64,000 nucleotides of DNA from an uncultured bacterium (lineage in GTDB: Bacteria; Acidobacteriota; HRBIN11; JAKEFK01), in NCBI GenBank assembly GCA_963777505.1, contig CAVZQN010000004.1, forward strand, positions 640,001-704,000, written 5' to 3'. Position numbers and translations under genes: made by a program. A model generated the notes under the pieces. That model was given only the letters and a program-made list of their open reading frames with translations, was not told the DNA's origin and ran no database searches. Shown here in pieces: positions 46,092 through 57,651 of the stretch (position 1 is its first letter; each line of letters begins with the position of its first letter).

Positions 46092-47594
46092 ATGAACATT
46101 TTGTTGATTAGTCCACCCAAATCACGGGAAGGATTTCACACACTTCGAGATGAAATCTGTTTTCAGGATGTTATTTATGTCCCATTTCCGATGAGGCTTG
46201 GGATGGTTGCGGGCATTTTGAAGGCTGATCATGACATCCATGTCATCGATGCAAATGCGATGGATTATTCGTATGAGAAGCTCGAAGAAATTATGCCTGA
46301 AGCAGACATGATTATCATCGAATCCGCATCAGGATTGATCTTTCACGATCTTGAAACATTCAGGATAGCAAAACGGAAGTTTGGTGATTCGGTTAAAACC
46401 GTTTTGATTGAAAACATCGTTGCCCCGGCATTTCCGGAGCGTTTGCTGCAAGACTTTCCAGAGCTGGATGTAATCGTTCGTGGGCAGCCTGAAGTGGTTA
46501 TGAATTCCTGGAAGAAAAATTGGGATGCAATGGAAACAGTTAACGGGCTCGCATTCCGGAAAGATGGGAAGATCGTTGTGAATCCACCCGCTGCATTGCC
46601 TGAGGATCTGAATGAATATCCGTTCATGAATTACGATGCATTTCCTATGGACAAATATTCAATCAGCTATCTCGCAGCTCCAATGTACGAGAAGGTCATT
46701 CCAGGAATCCGCTTCCGAAGTACTAGGGACTGTCCGTATGCTTGCCCCTTTTGCATCATTCAGCCGAGCGAAGTTCGTGGGTATGACAGGCGATCGTTTC
46801 AAATGACGCCCAAACGAACAATCGATGAGATGGAATATGTGATCAATCGATACAATCTCAAAGGAATCTTTTTCTGGGATGAGACGTTTACGGTAAACCA
46901 GAAGCGTGCAATGGCAATTTGCGATGAAATCATTCAGCGCAAATTGAAATTTACATGGCGCTGTCTTACCCGGATCGATACCCTGAGCCAGCCACTTGTT
47001 GAAAAAATGCACGAAGCCGGTTGTAGACACATCGAATTCGGTTTGGAGTCCGGTGATCAAGCTGTCCGTACTATGTTGCAAAAGAAATTTCCGGATGAAA
47101 AAGCGATTGATGCGATCCGGTGGACCCATGAAGCTGGAATCTCCGCAAACTGCGATTTCATTGTTGGTATGCCCTGGGAAACGCCTGAAACTTTGAAAAA
47201 AACAATTGATTTGGCCACAAAACTTCTCGCTTCAAATATTCATATCACCATGGCATTCCCATATCCTGAAACTGAATTCCATCGCGTAGCGCAGGAAGAT
47301 GGTTTGTTACTTCTTGAAGATTTCTACCCGATTATGATCAATCAAAGGGTACGCGTCGGAGCTAAACCATGGGTTAGATCGAGGGTGATGTCATCCGATG
47401 AGCTTTTTGAAGGATGGAACCAGGCCCGAAAAACAGTTAATCGGCATTATTTGATCCACAGGGTTCTATTTTCACCATCCACCTGGTGGCGATACTTGAG
47501 ATTATGCACGAATTGGGGTGATTTCTCGCGATTATCCGTGCGAGCCGCAAGGTCCCTTCAGAAAGCTTTTCTGCAACAACAACCGGCACACTGA
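46092..47594 (+). CDS. B12-binding radical SAM protein
   Basis: CPYACPFC; N-terminal cobalamin-binding-like domain; DETFT, FGLESG, FIVGMPWET. Confidence 0.9.
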   Translation: MNILLISPPKSREGFHTLRDEICFQDVIYVPFPMRLGMVAGILKADHDIHVIDANAMDYSYEKLEEIMPEADMIIIESASGLIFHDLETFRIAKRKFGDSVKTVLIENIVAPAFPERLLQDFPELDVIVRGQPEVVMNSWKKNWDAMETVNGLAFRKDGKIVVNPPAALPEDLNEYPFMNYDAFPMDKYSISYLAAPMYEKVIPGIRFRSTRDCPYACPFCIIQPSEVRGYDRRSFQMTPKRTIDEMEYVINRYNLKGIFFWDETFTVNQKRAMAICDEIIQRKLKFTWRCLTRIDTLSQPLVEKMHEAGCRHIEFGLESGDQAVRTMLQKKFPDEKAIDAIRWTHEAGISANCDFIVGMPWETPETLKKTIDLATKLLASNIHITMAFPYPETEFHRVAQEDGLLLLEDFYPIMINQRVRVGAKPWVRSRVMSSDELFEGWNQARKTVNRHYLIHRVLFSPSTWWRYLRLCTNWGDFSRLSVRAARSLQKAFLQQQPAH

Positions 47595-47647
47595 AAAAAC
47601 CCTTGAATTCCTCCGTAAATCTACCTAACTTGGAGTCGGAAACGATA

Positions 47648-47676
47648 TTGACAACCGACATCCGTGATGCTATAGT
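47648..47676 (+). promoter_or_regulatory. Near-consensus extended sigma70 promoter
   Basis: TTGACA, 17 bp spacer, TATAGT with TG extension. Confidence 0.75.
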
Positions 47677-48033
47677 AACGAGCGGTTTGTCTCCGGTATT
47701 GTCTTGATTTCCAGTAGTTTAGAGCGAGCTTTGGAGGTCTTTAATATTGAGGGCTAATGATTCACGAAGAGCCCGGCAATCCTTTTTATCATAGTCATCT
47801 GAAAGACTCTGGATTGAATTCTTTCTTGACTCATGGTTGATTTAAGAAGGAGTTTAATCGGTACCAAAAATCGTATTCCGTGGGGTATGGTACCCGGAAT
47901 ATGGCCAGTTGTAAGCCAATTCTTCAGCTAGTAGTTAAGTAGTACTTGCAGAAAAAGGTATAAATAGGACCATTTTTACAGGGGTCCGATAGCCGCTGAA
48001 ATGCGGTTTTGGAATCAGGGAGTCTAGTTACAA

Positions 48034-49542
48034 ATGAATATTGATGGGAAGTTATTTGATTTTATTGTAATCATTTTCTATTTTTCCGTTCTTATCCTCC
48101 TTTCGATTTATGGGATCCATCGGTATGTAATGGTCCACCTCTTCCGAAAGTATCGCAACCGCAATCCAAAAATTACGAAACGCTTTGATGATCTGCCCAA
48201 GGTAACTGTTCAGCTGCCTATTTACAACGAAATGTATGTCGTCGAACGGCTCATTGAATCTGTTTGCAATCTGGATTATCCGGCTGACAAGTTCGAGGTT
48301 CAGGTTCTGGACGATTCAACGGATGAAACGCAGCAGATTGCTCGTTTAATCGTGGACCGTTACAAGAACAAAGGTGTCGATATCCAGTATTTGCGTCGCC
48401 CCAATCGGGAAGGCTTCAAAGCGGGTGCTCTTGCCTTTGGGTTAATTCATGCAAAAGGCGAATTCATTACAGTTTTCGATGCAGATTTTATTCCGCGTCC
48501 AGAAATGTTGATGCAAACAATCCATTATTTTACCGATCCTGAGATTGGAATGGTCCAGGCACGCTGGGGGCACATCAACAGCGATTATTCAATGCTGACA
48601 ATGATTCAGTCAATTATGCTCGATGGACATTTTGTGATTGAACATTCTGCTCGAAATCGTTCAGGCCGTTTCTTCAATTTCAATGGAACAGCCGGTGTAT
48701 GGCGTCGTGAAGCAATCGAAACTTCTGGAGGCTGGGAACACGATACATTGACGGAAGATCTCGATCTTTCCTATCGGGCACAGCTCAAAGGATGGAAATT
48801 CCTGTTTGCTCCAGAAGCCGTTGCACCTGCCGAAGTTCCGGTTGAAATTAATTCCTATAAGTCTCAGCAGCATCGATGGGCAAAGGGTTCCATTCAGACT
48901 GCCAAAAAAATGCTTCCAGAAGTTATGAACAGCAAACTGCCATGGTGGATTAAACTGGAAGCCTTCTTTCATCTCACAAGTAATATCTCGTACTTGCTGA
49001 TGATGATCCTGTCTTTATTTACTCTGCCATCCCTCGTAATCCGATACGAAAATGGCTGGCAAAATATTATGATTCTGGATCTTCCAATATTCTTGATTGG
49101 AACTTTGTCAGTGTTGTCTTTTTATATTCTTTCTCAGAAAGAGATTTACACGGATTGGCTTTCAAGAATCCGTTATATTCCATTTCTGATGTCGCTTGGA
49201 ATCGGGCTGAGTGTAAATAATTCTAAAGCAGTTCTTGAAGCTCTTCTCGGTTATCAAACGGAGTTTAAGAGAACCCCGAAGTATTGCATTGAGAAAAATT
49301 CTGATAATTGGCAGCATAAGAAATATCGTGTTAGTCAGAGCGCAGTAACAGCAATTGAAATTGTTTTTGCTATCTATTTTGCGTTCACGATTTATTATGC
49401 GATAGTGAACGGCTTTTACTTCAGTGTGCCATTTCTGATGTTGTTCCTTTTTGGATTTAGCTACATGGGTTTCATCTCTTTTGTTCAAGCGAACCGGAAG
49501 TGGGTGATGCTGAAACGTCCGGTTGCTAACGCTCACGGTTAA
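48034..49542 (+). CDS. Cellulose-synthase-like processive GT2
   Basis: QLPIYNE, DDS, KAG, DAD, TED and QQHRW. Confidence 0.92.
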   Translation: MNIDGKLFDFIVIIFYFSVLILLSIYGIHRYVMVHLFRKYRNRNPKITKRFDDLPKVTVQLPIYNEMYVVERLIESVCNLDYPADKFEVQVLDDSTDETQQIARLIVDRYKNKGVDIQYLRRPNREGFKAGALAFGLIHAKGEFITVFDADFIPRPEMLMQTIHYFTDPEIGMVQARWGHINSDYSMLTMIQSIMLDGHFVIEHSARNRSGRFFNFNGTAGVWRREAIETSGGWEHDTLTEDLDLSYRAQLKGWKFLFAPEAVAPAEVPVEINSYKSQQHRWAKGSIQTAKKMLPEVMNSKLPWWIKLEAFFHLTSNISYLLMMILSLFTLPSLVIRYENGWQNIMILDLPIFLIGTLSVLSFYILSQKEIYTDWLSRIRYIPFLMSLGIGLSVNNSKAVLEALLGYQTEFKRTPKYCIEKNSDNWQHKKYRVSQSAVTAIEIVFAIYFAFTIYYAIVNGFYFSVPFLMLFLFGFSYMGFISFVQANRKWVMLKRPVANAHG

Positions 49543-49615
49543 ATCAAGCCGGTGAAAGCCGGTTCCCCGTATTAGCCGCAAACGGAATCCTGTTCGATTT
49601 CATTGGAAGGGTGTC

Positions 49616-50626
49616 ATGCGCCTGCGAACGCCAAAAATAAAGAGTGTTCAGCCTCAATTCGGAATAGAAGGGGGCAAGATTCTAATTGAGGGCACTGCAT
49701 TCGATCCTGAAGAAGCGGGATCAACTCAAGTTTTATTTGGCGAAATCCCTGGCCGGATCCTTCTCATTTCCAATTCACGCATCCTGGCTCAAATTCCCGA
49801 AGAAGTCTCAGACGGGACTCTAAGAATTAAGATTAAAACCAAAACAAGTGAGCCATTCGATTTTAAGCTGGGTACCAGACTGTCTTCTGAAGTAAATCCA
49901 GCAGACAATCCTGTATTCGATGTTGAGGGGAATCTATACGTAGCGTTCAGCGGCAAACGTGGCGAAACAGTCCCAGTATCCGTTTATCGCATTTCGCCAG
50001 ATGGTGAAATGAAACCCTATCTTTCAAATATTCCGAATGCTACTTCAATGGTGTTTGACCAGGAACGGAATTTGTATATTTCAAGCAGATTTGAGGGAAC
50101 AGTTTACAAAGCAACTCCGCAATCCGATATCACAGTTTATGCGAGAGAGCTCGGTACACCGACAGGATTGGCATTTGATCTGGAAGGATTTTTATATGTC
50201 GGTGACAGAGGCGGAAAAATTTTCAAAGTGTCGCCGGATGGCAGCTCAAGCGTCTTTGCCGAAATTCCAGAAAGTATGGTTGCTTTCCATCTTGCCTTTG
50301 ATCATGACGGCAATCTTCTGGTTACAAATCCAGGACTTTCCAGTTATAACCAGATTCTAATGGTGGATCGATATGGAAAGGTAATTCCTTTGCACGGAGG
50401 CTTTGGACGTCCACAGGGGCTTGCTGTTGATCATGCAGGCAACATCTATGTCAGCGAAGCCAAAGCGGGCGATAGCGCAATCTTGAAGATCAATCGTTCT
50501 GGTGAGATGACTTCATTTGTCGCAGGTCCTGTAATGGTAGGGCTCGCTTTTTATAAGGATCAAGATTTGGCTGTGACAGCTCCGAATGCTATCTATAAGC
50601 TCAAGCTGCCACAAAATGGAAATTAA
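49616..50626 (+). CDS. IPT/TIG + NHL/SMP-30 beta-propeller protein
   Basis: N-terminal PKIKSVQP..G.EG; repeated PxGLAFD.xGNLYV. Confidence 0.82.
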   Translation: MRLRTPKIKSVQPQFGIEGGKILIEGTAFDPEEAGSTQVLFGEIPGRILLISNSRILAQIPEEVSDGTLRIKIKTKTSEPFDFKLGTRLSSEVNPADNPVFDVEGNLYVAFSGKRGETVPVSVYRISPDGEMKPYLSNIPNATSMVFDQERNLYISSRFEGTVYKATPQSDITVYARELGTPTGLAFDLEGFLYVGDRGGKIFKVSPDGSSSVFAEIPESMVAFHLAFDHDGNLLVTNPGLSSYNQILMVDRYGKVIPLHGGFGRPQGLAVDHAGNIYVSEAKAGDSAILKINRSGEMTSFVAGPVMVGLAFYKDQDLAVTAPNAIYKLKLPQNGN

Positions 50627-52587
50627 ACCAGGGGCGTTGAAAGCTTTTTTATAGCTTGTCCAAGTTGTTCATGTGCACCCCAGAGAACAACGACATCATT
50701 TTCCTCTAACTTAAAATTTGCTCCTGGATTGTTTACTGCCGACTCTCCACGGATCACTGCAATCACAGATGCTCCTGTTTCTTTCCTCAAATCCAATTCC
50801 TGCAAAGTTCTATTATTGCCCGGCGATTCTGGACTGATCACAATTTGTTGAACGGTACTCTTTAAAAATAACTCGGAAACTTTCAGAAGACGGTCTTGTG
50901 TTAATGAGAGTCCGCGCAGCATTCCATAACTACCGGAACGGATCACTTCGACTTGCTGATTGATCAGATGGTCAGGGATATTGTATTGCTCAAGAACCCG
51001 CGAGAAGATTTCTATCGAGGTTTCGAATTCTTCCGGGATTACATAATTTGCACCAAGACGCATCAAGCTATCAACTTCTGCCACATAACGAGTTCGCACA
51101 ACAATAACAACTTTCGAACTTAAATCGCGGACAAGGGAAACGACTCTGCGAGTTGCAGCCATGTCACTAATAGCTATGACTACGACACGGGCAGTTTCAA
51201 CGTTAGCGAGACTTAAAACGTCTTTGCGCGTTGCATCGCCAAACAAAACAGGCATCTTTTCTTTCTTTGCTTCCTTTACGAGTTGATCGTTCAACTCAAT
51301 CACAACAAAGGAAGTGCCGATGTCTCTGACAACACGCGCAAGATTTTTCCCATTCAATCCGAAGCCTACAATCACGAGATGGTCTTTTAATGTTGCCTTG
51401 TCTGCATCCTTCAAGTCTGTAGGTAGTTTCAACACCTTTTGAATCTTCATTCCAAGTGGACCTGCAAGTAATATTGCGAAAGGCGTCAGGATCATCGTCA
51501 AGATTGAAGAAAACAGAATTATCTGGCTCAACGATTCAGGCATTAAATGATGTTCATGCGCTTGTTCGGCAAGAAGGAATGAGAATTCTCCAACCTGTGC
51601 TAAGCAAAATGCTGTGATCCATGCAACTCGGAATGTGGTTTTTGAAATGGAGAGAATTCCAAGAATAATCAGAGCTTTTCCCATAAGAACAAGAAGTGCA
51701 ATGCCGACACCTAATGGCCAATTTTCCAGAGATGCAGGAATGTTCAAAAGCATTCCGACTGAAATGAAGAAAATTGCGTTAAAAGTGTCACGGAAGGGCA
51801 AAACCTCAGCAAGAATTTGATGACTGTATACAGATTCTGAGATGACAAGCCCTGCAATGAAAGCTCCAATCGCTAGTGTGAGGCCGACTTGTGATGTTAT
51901 GTATGCCGTTCCAAGGCATAAGAAGAGTACAGTAATTAAAAACACATCTCTGTTTCGGAGCTGAACCACCTGGCTCAGCAAACGCGGAACGATGTATCGT
52001 GCGGCGACAATCAAAACAGCGATGGTGAGAAAAGCGAGCCCGAGTTGTTTCCCTAATTGAACTACATCAAATCCCTCTCCTGCCAGAGTTGGTACGAGAA
52101 GCATCATTGGAATTACGCAGACATCCTGGAAAATCAAAATCCCAACGGATGTACGGCCATGGGGTGCATCAATCTCAGCGCGGTCCGATAAAATCCGAAG
52201 AACGATTGCAGTACTGCTCAGTGCAAATAAAAACCCCAGGAAAATTCCCTGACGGATGGGAAGTCCAAACAACAGAGAAAGTCCTGCAGTTGCAAAAATT
52301 GTTACAACAACTTGAGCTAAACCTAGCCAAATGTATCGAAGTTTTTCTGAAAAAAGCTTTTCAAATGAAAACTCGAGGCCGATTGAAAACAAAAGCAAAA
52401 CTACGCCGATTTCTGCTAAGGATCGAACAGCTTCTGTTTCCGAAATCCATCCTGCGCCATATGGGCCGACAATCATTCCGGTGACAAGAAATCCAACAAT
52501 CGAAGGCAGTTTTAACTTATGAAACAAAAAACTAACCGGAATCGATACCGCCAATAAAATTAAAAAATCAGTAAGTAAACCAATCAT
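50623..52587 (-). CDS. CPA2 cation/proton antiporter with TrkA-N/TrkA-C domains
   Basis: LLFSIGLE, LSSTAIV, FQD, VGEF; IVGFGLNG, GDAT. Confidence 0.92.
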   Translation of the reverse strand: MIGLLTDFLILLAVSIPVSFLFHKLKLPSIVGFLVTGMIVGPYGAGWISETEAVRSLAEIGVVLLLFSIGLEFSFEKLFSEKLRYIWLGLAQVVVTIFATAGLSLLFGLPIRQGIFLGFLFALSSTAIVLRILSDRAEIDAPHGRTSVGILIFQDVCVIPMMLLVPTLAGEGFDVVQLGKQLGLAFLTIAVLIVAARYIVPRLLSQVVQLRNRDVFLITVLFLCLGTAYITSQVGLTLAIGAFIAGLVISESVYSHQILAEVLPFRDTFNAIFFISVGMLLNIPASLENWPLGVGIALLVLMGKALIILGILSISKTTFRVAWITAFCLAQVGEFSFLLAEQAHEHHLMPESLSQIILFSSILTMILTPFAILLAGPLGMKIQKVLKLPTDLKDADKATLKDHLVIVGFGLNGKNLARVVRDIGTSFVVIELNDQLVKEAKKEKMPVLFGDATRKDVLSLANVETARVVVIAISDMAATRRVVSLVRDLSSKVVIVVRTRYVAEVDSLMRLGANYVIPEEFETSIEIFSRVLEQYNIPDHLINQQVEVIRSGSYGMLRGLSLTQDRLLKVSELFLKSTVQQIVISPESPGNNRTLQELDLRKETGASVIAVIRGESAVNNPGANFKLEENDVVVLWGAHEQLGQAIKKLSTPLV

Positions 52588-52643
52588 ATTTAAGAGTACA
52601 AAGATGATATCCTAATCGATCATTTTGATAACACAAGCAGTTT

Positions 52644-53324
52644 ATGGTTGAAATTCCATACAAGCCTCAGGATCCTGGCAGCATTAAATTGTTGTTCACA
52701 CGGATTGCCAAAAATTACGATCTGACAAATCATGTCATTTCCTTTGGCCTGGATGTGTTATGGCGAAAGAAATTTGCGCGGCTTTTTCAAGATCGAAAAA
52801 GAATTGCAGATATTTGCTGCGGCTCGGGTGCTTTTCTACCGTTAATGAAAGGAAGAATCGCAGCTGGTTTGGATTTCACGCATGCGATGTTGCTGATTGC
52901 AAAAGAAAAGAATCCAGCAGTACCACTTGTGGAAGGGGATGCCCAAAAACTTCCATTCAATTCAGAAATCTTCGATGCCACAGTGATCGTCTACAGCATT
53001 CGGAACATTCCTGATGTCTCATCATGTCTTCGTGAGTTATATCGTGTGCTACAACCCGGCGGAAAACTTGGCATTCTGGATTTCGGCGTCCCTGAAGGAA
53101 AAGTAATGAACGCACTCTACCGTTTTTACTTTATGAAAATTTTGCCAGTGATTGGCAGCCTTGTGGCCCGGGATCCCAGCTCATACCATTACTTTGCGAA
53201 TTCAGTTATTAACTTTCCAAAACGAGATGCATTTGTGAAATTAATCAGTGATGCTGGATTCAGGAATGCACACTATCAGCAATACATGCTCGGCGCCGCA
53301 TTGGTATATCTGGCAGAAAAATAG
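52644..53324 (+). CDS. ubiE: UbiE/MenG quinone methyltransferase
   Basis: IAKNYDLTNHVISFG, DICCGSG, GDAQKLPF, IRN. Confidence 0.85.
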   Translation: MVEIPYKPQDPGSIKLLFTRIAKNYDLTNHVISFGLDVLWRKKFARLFQDRKRIADICCGSGAFLPLMKGRIAAGLDFTHAMLLIAKEKNPAVPLVEGDAQKLPFNSEIFDATVIVYSIRNIPDVSSCLRELYRVLQPGGKLGILDFGVPEGKVMNALYRFYFMKILPVIGSLVARDPSSYHYFANSVINFPKRDAFVKLISDAGFRNAHYQQYMLGAALVYLAEK

Positions 53325-53347
53325 TTAACCGCAAAGACTCAGAGTGT

Positions 53348-54487
53348 TTAATCGGCGGAGACAGCTTTGCCGGGCGGCGTCATTAACGTACCTTCCTTGC
53401 GGTAACGATCGAATAGGTGACCCCATGGAGATTCTTGACGCCACTGAACGTACGTCTTTTTATCGATCATATTCCAACGGTAGTAATCATGGTACGTTTC
53501 GGAAACAAGGTTTGGAAAATGAACAACAGGAGTATGAAAGATTAATTTCTGGAAAACTTTCGTTGGACCAAACCACGCAAGATAACCCAGCATACTTAAG
53601 AAAGTTTTTGTAACCTTGAATCCCCAATTTTCATTTGCGACTTCAGTATTGCCAACGATTTCAATTTCCCTCGGATCGCCAACACCGAGGCCTGCTTCAT
53701 GGGCAAGACGTATGTATTTAATAGACATTGGATCAAAACCCATGAGCTTTGCTGCAACTGCATCGATCGCGACTTGATCGCCTGAAGCCAGAATCACATC
53801 TTTTTTCTCCGGCTTCATTATTCGCGGACCAGCCCCGTTGCCTGCGGTGGTTCCATCCATTAATGCAAAAATTCCAGAATGGATCTCCTTCTGTATATGC
53901 AGCAGATCAACCAGAGTTTCGTGAATTACGCTATGCGTATAATGCCGTTTTTCATTGAGCAGTCCGCCGAATGCATTTTTCATTGCACCGGTTGTATTTG
54001 TGTAAATGTGCGTTTTTACGGTAGGGAGATGGACAATGTTTTTACCGAAAAAGAATTCAGGAATCCGGATGTGATCATGATAAATGTCGTTCAGGACTAG
54101 CATCTTCGCTTTTGGTTTGTAATGAATCCATTGCATGTCCTGGACCCGGAAATTAAAAAGGACTGGAACATCATGCGTCTTGCAGATAGGCCAGTAACCA
54201 TTCAGATCCGTACCTTTGAAAGCGTTTGTGACTACAGTCTTGTTTTGAACACACGACAAATCGTTATAGCCGGCATTTCGTAAATGCACGATGGATGCTT
54301 CTAATTGCCATGGAGTTGTGTTTGCTCCCGGAAAAGGAAAATGCCAGGAGATGTTATCTTTCAGGATTGTGTGAGCGGAAGGATCCAGAAAACTTTTTAC
54401 ATTAGCCAGTTCAAGGAGACGGCCATAGTCATCCAGTACCTTCTCCGGAGCTGTTCGTATGATTGCAACTTTCGATTTTGTAGTCAT
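53348..54487 (-). CDS. DUF362-domain protein (start MTTKSK)
   Basis: LKDN, HLPTVKTH, TGAMKNAFG, DQVAIDA. Confidence 0.8.
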   Translation of the reverse strand: MTTKSKVAIIRTAPEKVLDDYGRLLELANVKSFLDPSAHTILKDNISWHFPFPGANTTPWQLEASIVHLRNAGYNDLSCVQNKTVVTNAFKGTDLNGYWPICKTHDVPVLFNFRVQDMQWIHYKPKAKMLVLNDIYHDHIRIPEFFFGKNIVHLPTVKTHIYTNTTGAMKNAFGGLLNEKRHYTHSVIHETLVDLLHIQKEIHSGIFALMDGTTAGNGAGPRIMKPEKKDVILASGDQVAIDAVAAKLMGFDPMSIKYIRLAHEAGLGVGDPREIEIVGNTEVANENWGFKVTKTFLSMLGYLAWFGPTKVFQKLIFHTPVVHFPNLVSETYHDYYRWNMIDKKTYVQWRQESPWGHLFDRYRKEGTLMTPPGKAVSAD

Positions 54488-54520
54488 AGTCTCTATTATA
54501 CTAACCGCGAAGACACAGAG

Positions 54521-54554
54521 AAAGAAAAGGCGTGGCAGCAAGCACCACCACGCC
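54521..54554 (-). terminator. Rho-independent terminator of groESL
   Basis: Minus strand GGCGTGG...CCACGCC followed by TTTTCTTT. Confidence 0.8.
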
Positions 54555-54587
54555 CATTTTTAATTTTTGATCTTTAATCTTTTATTT

Positions 54588-56533
<1,946 letters not shown>

Positions 56534-56605
56534 ATGTGTAACCTCCGATATCTTATAAATGAAGTGTTTTAAGTTCTTTAGATGCTATTTTTGCAGATAA
56601 CTCTG

Positions 56606-56632
56606 TTAGCACTCATCTTCTAGGAGTGCTAA
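56606..56632. promoter_or_regulatory. CIRCE element (HrcA operator)
   Basis: Perfect TTAGCACTC-N9-GAGTGCTAA upstream of groES; minus-strand TTGCAG-17-TATTAT adjacent. Confidence 0.97.
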
Positions 56633-56678
56633 TAATATAGGATATTTCAAGAGCCTGCAAGGGGCATTTTGAAGTGGC

Positions 56679-57563
56679 TTATCCCAGATCAGTCCCGGTA
56701 ATCCATTTATAAATCTCTTTATATTTGGAGGATGTCCCTTGAATGATCTCGTCAGGTAATTGCGGCGCGGGGGGCTTTTTGTCCCAGCCAATTTTCTCGA
56801 GGTAATCGCGCACATATTGCTTATCCAGACTCTTTTGTCCCCGTCCTGCCCCATACGTATCGGCGGGCCAGAAACGTGAAGAATCCGGGGTAAGCACCTC
56901 ATCGCAAAGAATGATTTTGTCTTCGTACATGCCAAATTCAAATTTTGTATCTGCGATGATAATTCCACGTTCCAGAGCATAATCTGCAGCTTTCTGGTAA
57001 ATCCTGAGAGTTAAATCGCGAAGTTTTGAGGCTGTTTCTTGACCGATTATGTTCGCGCTTTCTTCAAAACTGATATTAATATCGTGTCCGGTTTGTGATT
57101 TTGTAGCGGGTGTAAAAATCGGCTCTGGAAGTTTTGAAGATTCCTCAAGACCGGCAGGCAAAGCAATGCCACAAACTTTTTTCGTTTCCTGATACTCTTT
57201 CCAGCCCGATCCGGAAAGATATCCGCGCGCGACACACTCGATTGGAAACATCCGAGCTTTCTTAACCATCATAGAACGTCCGTTTAGCTCAGGATACTTT
57301 TTCAAGCCTTCTGGAAACTGGTTAAAGCTTGCTGTAATCAAATGGTTGTCGACGATCTCTTTCAGAAATTGAAACCAAAACAATGAAATCTGGGTTAATA
57401 CTTTTCCCTTATCAGGAATTGGATTAGGGAGGATGTAATCGAATGCGGAGATCCGGTCGGTAGCAACGAATAATAGTGAATTATCGAGTTCGTAAATATC
57501 ACGAACTTTTCCGCGCGCCTTAAGCGGATATTCCGCAATTTTAGTTTCAGAAACGGTATTCAT
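56679..57563 (-). CDS. purC: SAICAR synthetase
   Basis: GKVRDIY, TDRISAFD, DTKFEFG, DEVLTPDSSRFW. Confidence 0.97.
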   Translation of the reverse strand: MNTVSETKIAEYPLKARGKVRDIYELDNSLLFVATDRISAFDYILPNPIPDKGKVLTQISLFWFQFLKEIVDNHLITASFNQFPEGLKKYPELNGRSMMVKKARMFPIECVARGYLSGSGWKEYQETKKVCGIALPAGLEESSKLPEPIFTPATKSQTGHDINISFEESANIIGQETASKLRDLTLRIYQKAADYALERGIIIADTKFEFGMYEDKIILCDEVLTPDSSRFWPADTYGAGRGQKSLDKQYVRDYLEKIGWDKKPPAPQLPDEIIQGTSSKYKEIYKWITGTDLG

Positions 57564-57651
57564 AGCAACTCCAGGAAAAATAAATTATTCCGCGCTCGAA
57601 TGATGCGGCAGGACAACAAGTATAATCGTTGAAGGAAAGTCTTAGCAAGGC

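Noticed and set aside
56606-56980. 124-aa ORF ending LALLEDEC
   Set aside because: Out-of-frame overlap with purC; its end is translated CIRCE.
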